12,817 nt of DNA, taken from Candidatus Krumholzibacteriia bacterium (lineage in GTDB: Bacteria > Krumholzibacteriota > Krumholzibacteriia > WVZY01). The stretch is from positions 1 to 12,817 of the forward strand of contig JBHHVD010000085.1 of the NCBI GenBank assembly GCA_046754105.1. Reading direction: 5' to 3'. A program made the translations under genes and the position numbers. Under the pieces are notes generated by a model. That model had not been told where the DNA came from, searched no databases, and saw nothing but the letters and a program-made list of their open reading frames with translations. Positions 1-7,007 of this stretch are shown in pieces. The number at the start of each line of letters is the position of its first letter. Position 1 is the first letter of the stretch.

Positions 1-17
1 GGCCAGGGTGGTCGGAG

Positions 18-89
18 TCACGTAACCACGTCTCCGGAAAAACCGGGGCGGTTCACCTTCTGTATGGGCGAGCTGGTTGTGGCTGGCAT
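18..89 (-). CDS. Possible 23-aa peptide (MPATTSSPIQKVNRPGFSGDVVT), first ORF of a transcript divergent from the repressor
   Basis: ATG at 89-87 is preceded by purine-rich AGGGGGAAGGG. Its TGA (20-18) overlaps a GTG (21-19) that opens a frame MTPTTLA running off the window. No homology evidence. Confidence 0.25.
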   Translation of the reverse strand: MPATTSSPIQKVNRPGFSGDVVT

Positions 90-128
90 CCCTTCCCCCT
101 TAGTAAATCACTGTCCAAGCTATTTATT

Positions 129-159
129 TTTTCACGAGCCACTTTTTCTGTGATACTGT
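129..159 (+). promoter_or_regulatory. Putative sigma70-type promoter for the repressor-membrane protein-integrase operon
   Basis: TTCACG (131-136), 17 nt, then TACTGT (154-159) preceded by TGn (extended -10). An alternative register is TTTTCA-17-GATACT. An AT-rich tract at 121-132 could act as an UP element. Confidence 0.45.
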
Positions 160-250
160 TCATCATAAGAGCCCCGGCGGTGGTAAAGGGCCGCAGCAGG
201 CGAATAGACAGCAATAATGGGGGGTAGGGTCATAAACACCAGGGGGTCGT

Positions 251-583
251 ATGCCAACACCGCTAATGGACCGTATCATTGAACTGATGGTGGAAAAGGG
301 GTGGGTCAAAAAGTCTGGGAAGCCAAACCAGTCTGCGCTCGCAGAGGCTTCGGGCCTCAGCGAGGAAGCTATAAGCAAGTGGTTCGTGGGCTTCAAGGCT
401 GGACGCGATGCCAAGCCAGACATCGAAAGCCTGGTCGCCCTGGCGAATACGTTTGGCGTAACACTCGATAGTCTCCTGGGGCTAGATCACGAGCTCTCCA
501 AGGACGAAATGGTTCGGGCGTGTATCCGCGAGATCGGTGCGTACACGAAACGGATCGAACAGTTGATAGACGGGGAGAAATGA
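251..583 (+). CDS. XRE/Cro-CI family helix-turn-helix repressor, 110 aa
   Basis: HTH pattern NQSALAEASGLSEEAISKW...KPDIESLVALANTFGVTLDSLLG; SD-like AGGGGG before the ATG; located in the integrase module. Confidence 0.88.
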   Translation: MPTPLMDRIIELMVEKGWVKKSGKPNQSALAEASGLSEEAISKWFVGFKAGRDAKPDIESLVALANTFGVTLDSLLGLDHELSKDEMVRACIREIGAYTKRIEQLIDGEK

Positions 584-867
584 TGCTGGTTGCGGCATTT
601 ATTGTAGTCTCGTTCACCGTTGGGGCGTGGGGTTTGTTGGTGCTAGTTAGCGCCCAGAGCTCCATCCACGAAATCGGCGCGATCATTCTCTTTCTTATTA
701 TGGCCGTTGGCCTGGCCGCCGCAGGAATCATCTACTCGACAAACCGAATCGCAGACAGGTTACCCAAACCAGAACCACAGAGATCGGTCAAGAAACAAGA
801 GCGCATCATCCTACTGGTTGGGGTCATCGCCGTCCTGATCGCCCTTATTTGGCAAGCGTCACGATGA
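580..867 (+). CDS. Small membrane protein with about 3 transmembrane segments, 95 aa, function unknown
   Basis: Start placed at ATG 580 (ATGA overlap with the repressor stop, SD GGGGAG). Hydrophobic stretches are LVAAFIVVSFTVGAWGLLVLV, IGAIILFLIMAVGLAAAGIIY and IILLVGVIAVLIALIW. Its stop overlaps the integrase ATG. Confidence 0.75.
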   Translation: MMLVAAFIVVSFTVGAWGLLVLVSAQSSIHEIGAIILFLIMAVGLAAAGIIYSTNRIADRLPKPEPQRSVKKQERIILLVGVIAVLIALIWQASR

Positions 868-1955
868 AAGACTTGGAGCCCGGTAAGATCAAGTGGTTGG
901 AGCGCGGGATCTTCGTGCGAAAGACCCATACCGGCCAACTGCGCTACGGTATCTCCTACGTCTACAAGGGCCGCCGCAAACAAGAAATTGTCGGACCAAC
1001 CAAAACCCTGGCAAAGCACGCCCTATCCATCCGCAAGGCGGAAATCGCACAGGGGCGCTACAAAATCACCCCCAGAAAACGCTCACCGCTATTCTGTGAC
1101 TTCTGCGAGACCTATTTGTTGCACGCCAAGTCCAAGAAGAAGAGTTGGCGCGGAGACAAACACGCACTCCGCATCGCAAAACCCTTCTTCGCCCGGAAGC
1201 GCCTGAACGAAATCACACAATGGGACATAGAGCGGTACAGATCGGAGAGATTGAAAACTCGGTCAAGGGCGACCTCTAACCGCGACCTCTCCTTGCTACG
1301 CTATATGTTCAACATGGCGATCGAGTGGGGGATGCTAGAGCAGAACCCAGCCAAGAAGATCAGGGCGTTGAAGGTCGAGGAAGTGCCGATGCGGGTCTTG
1401 ACCGTGGACGAAGAGCATAAACTAGTCGAGGCCGCCGCCGATCACATCCGAGCCCTGATCTACATTGCGGTGTATACCGGGATGAGAAGGGGTGAGCTGC
1501 TGCAGCTCGATTGGGAAGATGTTGATTTCACAGACCGGATTATTACGGTTAGGAAATCGAAGTCGGGCAGAGTGAGGCACGTGCCGATGAGCAGCCCCGT
1601 CGTGAACCTCTTCCGGCGGATCGAACGAGACTACGGGCCGGTGTTCCGGTTCCAGGGCAAAGCAATCAAGGATGTAAAAACTGCCTTCCAGCGGGCGGTC
1701 AGAGAGTCGGGTATCAAGCCGTGTAGGTTCCACGACCTGCGACACACGTTCGCCACGAGAATGGTCATGTCTGGGGCGGACCTGCACACCCTCAAACAGA
1801 TCATGGGCCACGCCTCTATCCAGACCACGCTCAAGTATTCGCATCCGTCACCCGAGCACAGACAGACAGCGGTCGAGCGGATGATGCTTAGCCTTTATGG
1901 AAGTGCCAGAAAAGTGCGACCCGACCTAAAACTGATTTCGGATAAAACGCCGTAA
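864..1955 (+). CDS. int: Tyrosine recombinase / phage-type integrase
   Basis: Complete catalytic set: R in YTGMRRGEL, K in KSKSG, HxxR in FHDLRHTF, H in MGHASI, Y in TLKYSH. Basic N-terminal arm-binding-like region. ATG 864 forms an ATGA overlap with the upstream gene. Confidence 0.96.
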   Translation: MKDLEPGKIKWLERGIFVRKTHTGQLRYGISYVYKGRRKQEIVGPTKTLAKHALSIRKAEIAQGRYKITPRKRSPLFCDFCETYLLHAKSKKKSWRGDKHALRIAKPFFARKRLNEITQWDIERYRSERLKTRSRATSNRDLSLLRYMFNMAIEWGMLEQNPAKKIRALKVEEVPMRVLTVDEEHKLVEAAADHIRALIYIAVYTGMRRGELLQLDWEDVDFTDRIITVRKSKSGRVRHVPMSSPVVNLFRRIERDYGPVFRFQGKAIKDVKTAFQRAVRESGIKPCRFHDLRHTFATRMVMSGADLHTLKQIMGHASIQTTLKYSHPSPEHRQTAVERMMLSLYGSARKVRPDLKLISDKTP

Positions 1956-1969
1956 CTTGTTGTGGAAAA

Positions 1970-2045
1970 TGGTACGCCGCCAGGGACTCGAACCCCGAAC
2001 CTCCTGATTAAGAGTCAGCTGCTCTGCCAGTTGAGCTAGCGGCGC
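1970..2045 (-). tRNA. tRNA-Lys, anticodon CTT, with encoded CCA
   Basis: 76-nt cloverleaf GCGCCGC-TA-GCTC AACTGGCA GAGC-A-GCTGA CTCTTAA TCAGG-AGGTT-CGGGG TTCGAGT CCCTG-GCGGCGT-A-CCA; anticodon at 2012-2010. Confidence 0.97.
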
Positions 2046-2073
2046 ACCTTGATTGGTTTGCAGAAGAGATGTC

Positions 2074-2105
2074 AACAAAGAGCCGAGGCCAGGGGCCCCG
2101 GCTCT
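2074..2105 (-). terminator. Intrinsic-terminator-like hairpin downstream of ssb
   Basis: Minus strand AGAGCCGGGGCC-CCT-GGCCTCGGCTCT: a 12-bp stem with one G-U pair that forms only on this strand, followed by TTGTT. Confidence 0.55.
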
Positions 2106-2138
2106 CTCTATATATGTGTCGAGGCGAACGCGATGAAG

Positions 2139-2570
2139 CTAGAACGGCAGGTCGTCTTCGTCGCCCGTCGACGCGGACCCTTCGGCTACGGTTTCCTGCT
2201 GGGGTAAATTCTGCGAGGGCACATCCATGGGCGCGTCCCCGGCCCGTCCCAGCATCACCATGTTATTGGCCACGACCTCGGTCGAATACTTCTTGGTTCC
2301 CGATTGGTCCTCCCACGAGCGCGTCTGAAGCCTGCCTTCGATGTAGACCTGTTTTCCCTTCTTCAGGTACTCGTTACAGATCTCGGCCAGGCGGGCCCAT
2401 GCGACCACGCGGTGCCATTCGGTGCGGGTTTCCTTGTCCCCGTTCTTGTTCTTGAAATTCTCGCTGGTGGCCACGTTGAAATTGGCCACTGCGGTGCCGC
2501 TCGGCGTGTAGCGCATCGTCGGATCCGCACCCAGGTTGCCGACCAGAATGACCTTGTTTACCCCACTCAT
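2139..2570 (-). CDS. ssb: Single-stranded DNA-binding protein, 143 aa
   Basis: [17 protein letters not shown]...RTEWHRVV...[16 protein letters not shown] and acidic tail DDLPF. ATG 2570 has SD GGGAGG. Confidence 0.98.
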   Translation of the reverse strand: MSGVNKVILVGNLGADPTMRYTPSGTAVANFNVATSENFKNKNGDKETRTEWHRVVAWARLAEICNEYLKKGKQVYIEGRLQTRSWEDQSGTKKYSTEVVANNMVMLGRAGDAPMDVPSQNLPQQETVAEGSASTGDEDDLPF

Positions 2571-2679
2571 CACATACCTCCCGATAACAGAACCACTCGC
2601 GATTGGCCGGGGCACCCGTGCCCGCCGGCCACTCGCAAACCGCCGAATTTACCCTGCGGAGCGCGTCCGCGTGCCTATT

Positions 2680-2709
2680 TATATACCAGGAAATCCGGGC
2701 CCGGGTCAA
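2680..2709 (-). promoter_or_regulatory. Putative sigma70 promoter of ssb
   Basis: TTGACC (2709-2704), 18 nt, then TATATA (2685-2680) with a TGn extension; a locally AT-rich patch in a GC-rich intergenic region. Confidence 0.55.
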
Positions 2710-2947
2710 GCGCCGAAATCCGGCGGCCGCGGGCGGCCGCGAGCCTGTGCTGTCGCCGATGGAGGGCGAGCAGCCGACGGGGTGACGGACCGCCGCTGGA
2801 ACGAGCGAGGATCCCCCGCGGCCACCCGCAGCAAACGAGCGTCTGGCGCCGGCTGGGGGTCGTATGATATGCTCGACCGGTTTACTTGGCACGAGATCGC
2901 CCGCACGTTCCCCGCTGGCGTTACCCACGATGACGGAGGATTCCGTA

Positions 2948-5900
2948 ATGATTTCACGCAAACTTATCATTGTAGCCGTATACCTCGTAGCACCGCTCCT
3001 GGCGCCGGCGCTCGGCACCGCTCAGACCCGCCTGCTGCGTTTCCCCGACATCCACGGGGACAAGGTCGTCTTCTGCCACGCAGGTGACTTGTGGGTGGCG
3101 AGCACATCCGGCGGCACCGCGGCGCGGCTCACAGCCCACCCCGGCCAGGAGCTGTTCCCAAAGTTCTCCCCCGACGGCGCCTGGGTGGCGTTCACAGGCC
3201 AGTACGACGGCGACGAGCAGGTCTACGTCATCCCCACGGCCGGAGGAGCGCCGAAGCAGCTTACCTACTACCCGGCGCGGGGCCCGCTGCCCCCGCGCTG
3301 GGGTTTCGACAACCAGGTCTACGGATGGACGCGGGACGGTAGTGCCGTGTTGTTTCGCTCGATGCGCTACGGATGGGACCTCACCGACACCCGGCTCTAT
3401 ACGGTCAAGACCACGGGCGGCCTGCCGGTGCCGCTGCCGATGCCCGTCTCCGGCGCCGGCGATTTCTCACCCGACGGCAACCGCGTCGTGTACTCGCCGC
3501 TCATCCGTGATTTCCGCACCTGGAAGCGCTACGAGGGCGGCTGGGCGCAGGACCTGTACGTGTTCGACCTAAAGACGTACGAGGCGGCACAAGTCACCGA
3601 CCACCCGCGAAGCGACCGCGACCCGATGTGGATCGGAGAGAAGATTTACTTTTCCTCCGACCGCGACGGCACGCTCAACCTCTATTCGTACGACCCCCAG
3701 AGCGGCAACGCCGAACAGCTCACGCGAAGCGCCACCTACGACGTGCGCTGGCCGAGCGCCGGCGCCGGCGGCCGTATCGTCTACGAGCTGAACGGCGAGC
3801 TGCGGGTCTTCGACGTCGCCTCGGGCAAATCGCTCGCCATATCCATCCGCGTCCCCAACGACGGCGTGTCCATGCGACCGGCGCACGTATCGGCCGGCGG
3901 CAACATCGAGGCCTTCGCCCTGAGCCCCAAGGGGAAACGCGCCCTATTCGCCGCCCGGGGCGACATCTTCACGGCGCCGATCGAGAAGGGACCGACCCGC
4001 AACCTGACCAATTCCTCGAGCGCCCACGACAAGTGGCCGCGCTGGTCCCCGGACGGCAAGAAGATCGCGTTCATCTCGGACCGGAGCGGGGAAGAGGAGC
4101 TCTATGTCGTAAACCAGGACGGGTCGGGAGAGGTCGAGCGACTGACCGATAACGGCGGCGAGATGCGATACCTCCCCGTGTGGTCGCCGGACGGCAAGCG
4201 GATCGCCTTCAGCGACAAGAACGGCCGCATCTTCCTGGTCGAGGTCAAGAACAAGACCCGGACCCAGGTGGCCGATCAGAAGGTAAACGCGGTCACCGAT
4301 TATACGTGGTCACCGAACGGCGGCCATCTCGCCTTCAGCCTGACCGACGAAAACTATTTCAACTCTATCTACATCTACAGCGTCAAGGGCGGCAAGCTGC
4401 GCCGCGTAACCGGCCCATACTTCAACGAATTCGAGCCGGTATGGGACCCGTCGGGTGACTACCTCTACTACTTGAGCGACCGCCAGTTTGCTCCGCAAAT
4501 CGGTTCGCTCGAGTGGAACTACCTGGTCGACCGCGAGTCGGGCATATTCGCCCTGGCGCTGCGCAAGGACGTAAAGCACCCCTTCCCGCCCGAGAGCGAC
4601 GAGGTGTCGACCGGGGACGACGCTAAGGGCGACGACAAGGACGGCAAGAACGACAAGAAGAAGGATAAGAAAAAGGACAAAGGCGACGACAAGAAACAGG
4701 AGCCCATCAAGATCGACTTCGACGGCCTTGCCGAACGCGTCACCCGCGTGCCGGTGACCGACGACAACTACTACAACCTGCACGCCATCGAGGGACACTT
4801 GCTCTACACGCGAGGCGGACCGTTCTATTACGGAAGGCGAAGCGACGTCCGCGCGTCGCTGCGCATCTTTTCGATGAAGGACCGCAAGGAGAGCACCGTG
4901 GCCGAGGATATTTCGGGCTACGCAGTGTCGCACGACGGCAAGACGGTACTGGTCCGGCAGTCGGGCGCCTACAACCTCTACGACGCCAAACCCAAGCCGG
5001 GGGACAAGAAGACCGTATCGACCGCGGGGCTCATGGTCGACCGGGTGCCGGCGGAGGAATGGGAGACGATTTTCGATGAGGTGTGGCGTCGCTTCCGGGA
5101 TTTTTTCTACGTCAAGAACATGAACGGCTACGACTGGAAAGAGATCGGCGAGCGCTACCGCCCGCTGCTCGCGCACGTCGCCCACCGGGCGGACCTCAAC
5201 TACGTGCTGGGCGAGATGATCGCGGAGCTGAGCGTGTCCCACGCCTACATTGCCGGCGGCGACTACGAGATCCCCGACCGGCCCCGGGCCGCGCTGCCCG
5301 GTGCGCGCTTCGAGCTGGACGCCAAGGCAGGCCGCTACCGTATCTCGAAGGTGCTCCGCGGCCAGAACGAGGAGGCCCGCTACCGCGCGCCCTTAACAGA
5401 GATCGGCATGGACGTAAGGGAGGGCGACTACGTGATGGCGATCGACGGCGAAGAGTTGACCGCAAGTAAGAATCCCTACCGGATGCTCCTCCACAAGGCC
5501 GACCGCCCCGTGGAGCTGACCCTAAGTGCGAAGCCGTCCATGAAGGGCGCACGCAAGATCACCTACAGCCCCATCACGCAGGAGCGCAGCCTCGTCTACC
5601 TCGGCTGGGTGGAGAAGAACCGGGAAAAGGTGGACCAGGCGACCCGGGGGCGCGTCGGCTACCTCCACATCCCCGACATGGGCTCGAACGGCATCCGCGA
5701 GTTCATAAAGTGGTTCTACGGCCAGATCCGAAAAGAGGGCCTCGTGATCGACGTACGCGGCAACGGCGGCGGCAACGTGTCACAGATGCTGATCGAGCGT
5801 CTGCGGCGCGAGCTCTTGAGTCTCGACTACTCGCGCAACAACGAGTACGCCTCACCATACCCGGCGACGGTGTTCAACGGGCACCTCGTGTGTATCTTGA

Positions 5901-6265
5901 ACGAGACCTCCGCCTCGGACGGGGATATCTTTCCCGCCATGTTCCGCCAGGCCGGCCTGGGACCCTTGATCGGCAAGCGCTCCTGGGGAGGGGTCATCGG
6001 CATCTCGGGCCACGGACCGCTGCTCGACGGCGGATCGGTGTACGTGCCGGAGTACGGCTTTATCAATACAGAGGGCGAATGGGCGATCGAGAACTACGGG
6101 GTCGACCCGGACATCGTGGTCGAGAACGATCCCAAGTCGGTACTCGACGGCCGCGACCCCCAGCTCGAGCGCGCCATCGAGGAAGTGATGGCGGCGATCA
6201 AGCGCGAGCCGAAGAAGGTGCCGAAGCGCCCGCGCGATCCCGTGCGCACGCAGTCCGGGAGATAG
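2948..6265 (+). CDS. Tricorn protease homologue (S41 family peptidase), exported, about 1105 aa
   Basis: Signal peptide [25 protein letters not shown] followed by [11 protein letters not shown]. Multiple PD40/TolB-like propeller repeats (FSPDG, WSPDG), a PDZ-like region, [17 protein letters not shown], catalytic Ser motif SASDGD, His motif SHAY, and [13 protein letters not shown] 2948 has SD GGAGGA. Confidence 0.95.
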   Translation: MISRKLIIVAVYLVAPLLAPALGTAQTRLLRFPDIHGDKVVFCHAGDLWVASTSGGTAARLTAHPGQELFPKFSPDGAWVAFTGQYDGDEQVYVIPTAGGAPKQLTYYPARGPLPPRWGFDNQVYGWTRDGSAVLFRSMRYGWDLTDTRLYTVKTTGGLPVPLPMPVSGAGDFSPDGNRVVYSPLIRDFRTWKRYEGGWAQDLYVFDLKTYEAAQVTDHPRSDRDPMWIGEKIYFSSDRDGTLNLYSYDPQSGNAEQLTRSATYDVRWPSAGAGGRIVYELNGELRVFDVASGKSLAISIRVPNDGVSMRPAHVSAGGNIEAFALSPKGKRALFAARGDIFTAPIEKGPTRNLTNSSSAHDKWPRWSPDGKKIAFISDRSGEEELYVVNQDGSGEVERLTDNGGEMRYLPVWSPDGKRIAFSDKNGRIFLVEVKNKTRTQVADQKVNAVTDYTWSPNGGHLAFSLTDENYFNSIYIYSVKGGKLRRVTGPYFNEFEPVWDPSGDYLYYLSDRQFAPQIGSLEWNYLVDRESGIFALALRKDVKHPFPPESDEVSTGDDAKGDDKDGKNDKKKDKKKDKGDDKKQEPIKIDFDGLAERVTRVPVTDDNYYNLHAIEGHLLYTRGGPFYYGRRSDVRASLRIFSMKDRKESTVAEDISGYAVSHDGKTVLVRQSGAYNLYDAKPKPGDKKTVSTAGLMVDRVPAEEWETIFDEVWRRFRDFFYVKNMNGYDWKEIGERYRPLLAHVAHRADLNYVLGEMIAELSVSHAYIAGGDYEIPDRPRAALPGARFELDAKAGRYRISKVLRGQNEEARYRAPLTEIGMDVREGDYVMAIDGEELTASKNPYRMLLHKADRPVELTLSAKPSMKGARKITYSPITQERSLVYLGWVEKNREKVDQATRGRVGYLHIPDMGSNGIREFIKWFYGQIRKEGLVIDVRGNGGGNVSQMLIERLRRELLSLDYSRNNEYASPYPATVFNGHLVCILNETSASDGDIFPAMFRQAGLGPLIGKRSWGGVIGISGHGPLLDGGSVYVPEYGFINTEGEWAIENYGVDPDIVVENDPKSVLDGRDPQLERAIEEVMAAIKREPKKVPKRPRDPVRTQSGR

Positions 6266-6274
6266 AACGCCGCT

Positions 6275-6378
6275 GCGGTGATCGAGCGGGCTTGGGGTTG
6301 TCGACGGGACGTTCGCAGGAGCGAGCGAGGATCACCGCCGTCCCGATGCGGATGGGCCGACTTCACGCCCCGCATCGG
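6275..6378. repeat. Two 9-bp inverted repeats in the convergent intergenic region
   Basis: GCGGTGATC (6275-6283) pairs with GATCACCGC (6330-6338). CCGATGCGG (6343-6351) pairs with CCGCATCGG (6370-6378). No U-tract on either strand. Confidence 0.5.
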
Positions 6379-6382
6379 CCGG

Positions 6383-6973
6383 TCAGTGATCGTACTTCAG
6401 CTTGAAGTGCTCGTGGGTGCCCTGGGCCTTGCGCTTCTCGAAATCGAACACGTAATCGTCGCCCACGAACGGGCTGTCCGTGTTGTGGCAGACGACGCAC
6501 TGGTCCTTGCTGACCACGTCCACCAGCCCCAGGGGAACGAGATCCGCCTTCTTGAACGTCTTGTTCTTCGTGCTCATGTGCGCGTCGGCCACGTACGTGC
6601 CGCCGGCACCGTGGCACATCTCGCATCCGACGCCGGCCAGGTACGGCGTCTTTTCCATGTCCACGAACCCGCCCGGTTTTCCGTAGCCCGTCGTGTGGCA
6701 GGGGAGGCACTTCGCATCCGCCGTATAGTCCTTGTCCGGGTCCAGCCCCGCCTTCGTTCTCGCCTCCGCACGGGCGCCCGGCTTGAGGAGATCGTACGCG
6801 TTCGACATCTTCGTCGTCGCCCAGGATTTGTGCTGCTTTAGATGACACTTCTTGCACTTCTTGCTGCCGATGTAGGCGTGCCCGGTCTCTTCGGCCCGGG
6901 CCGGCCCCGCGAGCACCAGAAGAAGCATCGCAAACGGGAGAGCGTACAATCCACAGCGTTTCAGACAACTCAC
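6383..6973 (-). CDS. Exported tetraheme cytochrome of the c554 (CycA-like) family
   Basis: Four CxxCH motifs (CKKCH, CLPCH, CEMCH, CVVCH) and a signal peptide ending GPARA. Segments LKPG..AEA..KA.LDP.KDYT.D..C..CH, GVGCE.CHG.G and HEHFKL match my recollection of Nitrosomonas c554. Start placed at GTG 6973 (SD GAGGT); 7021 is an alternative. Confidence 0.88.
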   Translation of the reverse strand: MSCLKRCGLYALPFAMLLLVLAGPARAEETGHAYIGSKKCKKCHLKQHKSWATTKMSNAYDLLKPGARAEARTKAGLDPDKDYTADAKCLPCHTTGYGKPGGFVDMEKTPYLAGVGCEMCHGAGGTYVADAHMSTKNKTFKKADLVPLGLVDVVSKDQCVVCHNTDSPFVGDDYVFDFEKRKAQGTHEHFKLKYDH

Positions 6974-7007
6974 GTTGCACCTCGCTTTTGCTTGAGAATC
7001 CGACGAT

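Larger units (their letters stand above)
1..1969. mobile_element. End of an integrated element (prophage, phage satellite or ICE-like) inserted at the 3' end of tRNA-Lys; continues beyond the left edge of the window
   Basis: Tyrosine integrase ends 14 bp from the tRNA CCA end. An XRE repressor lies in the same operon. The sequence is visibly more AT-rich than the genes right of the tRNA. The second att copy is not in the window. Confidence 0.85.

Noticed and set aside
520..579. Upstream GTG start for the membrane protein (and TTG 849 for the integrase, 2615 for ssb)
   Set aside because: ATGA-coupled or SD-supported ATG starts at 580, 864 and 2570 fit better.
163..1019. Minus-strand ORFs 163-423, 393-731 and 732-1019
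   Set aside because: Antisense to the coupled repressor-membrane protein-integrase genes; no supporting features.
242..2866. Identical 12-mer GGGGGTCGTATG at 242-253 and 2855-2866
   Set aside because: A few 12-mer matches are expected by chance in 12.8 kb. The copies do not bracket the element or match the tRNA, so this is not an att repeat.
2864..2947. Longer tricorn start at ATG 2864
   Set aside because: ATG 2948 has a strong SD (GGAGGA) and begins a clean signal peptide. The extension looks non-coding and overlaps a possible -10 (TATGAT, 2863-2868).
2304..3087. Several ORFs spanning the ssb-tricorn intergenic region (2304-2867, 2374-3018, 2536-3087, 2603-2785)
   Set aside because: Most overlap real genes and all cross the promoter region; they are Arg/Pro/Ala-rich and lack motifs.
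4310..5242. 310-aa minus-strand ORF
   Set aside because: Antisense shadow of the tricorn gene, typical of high-GC codon bias; no motifs.
6330..6385. Hairpin just after the TGA of the c554 gene as a possible SECIS element (selenocysteine read-through)
   Set aside because: The protein already appears complete. Read-through would add only about 17 unremarkable residues before another TGA, and the stem does not resemble a bacterial SECIS I can recognise.
6383..6973. Reading the c554 homologue as evidence for ammonia or hydroxylamine oxidation
   Set aside because: No hao, amo or cM552 gene is in the window; a c554 fold alone does not establish nitrification.
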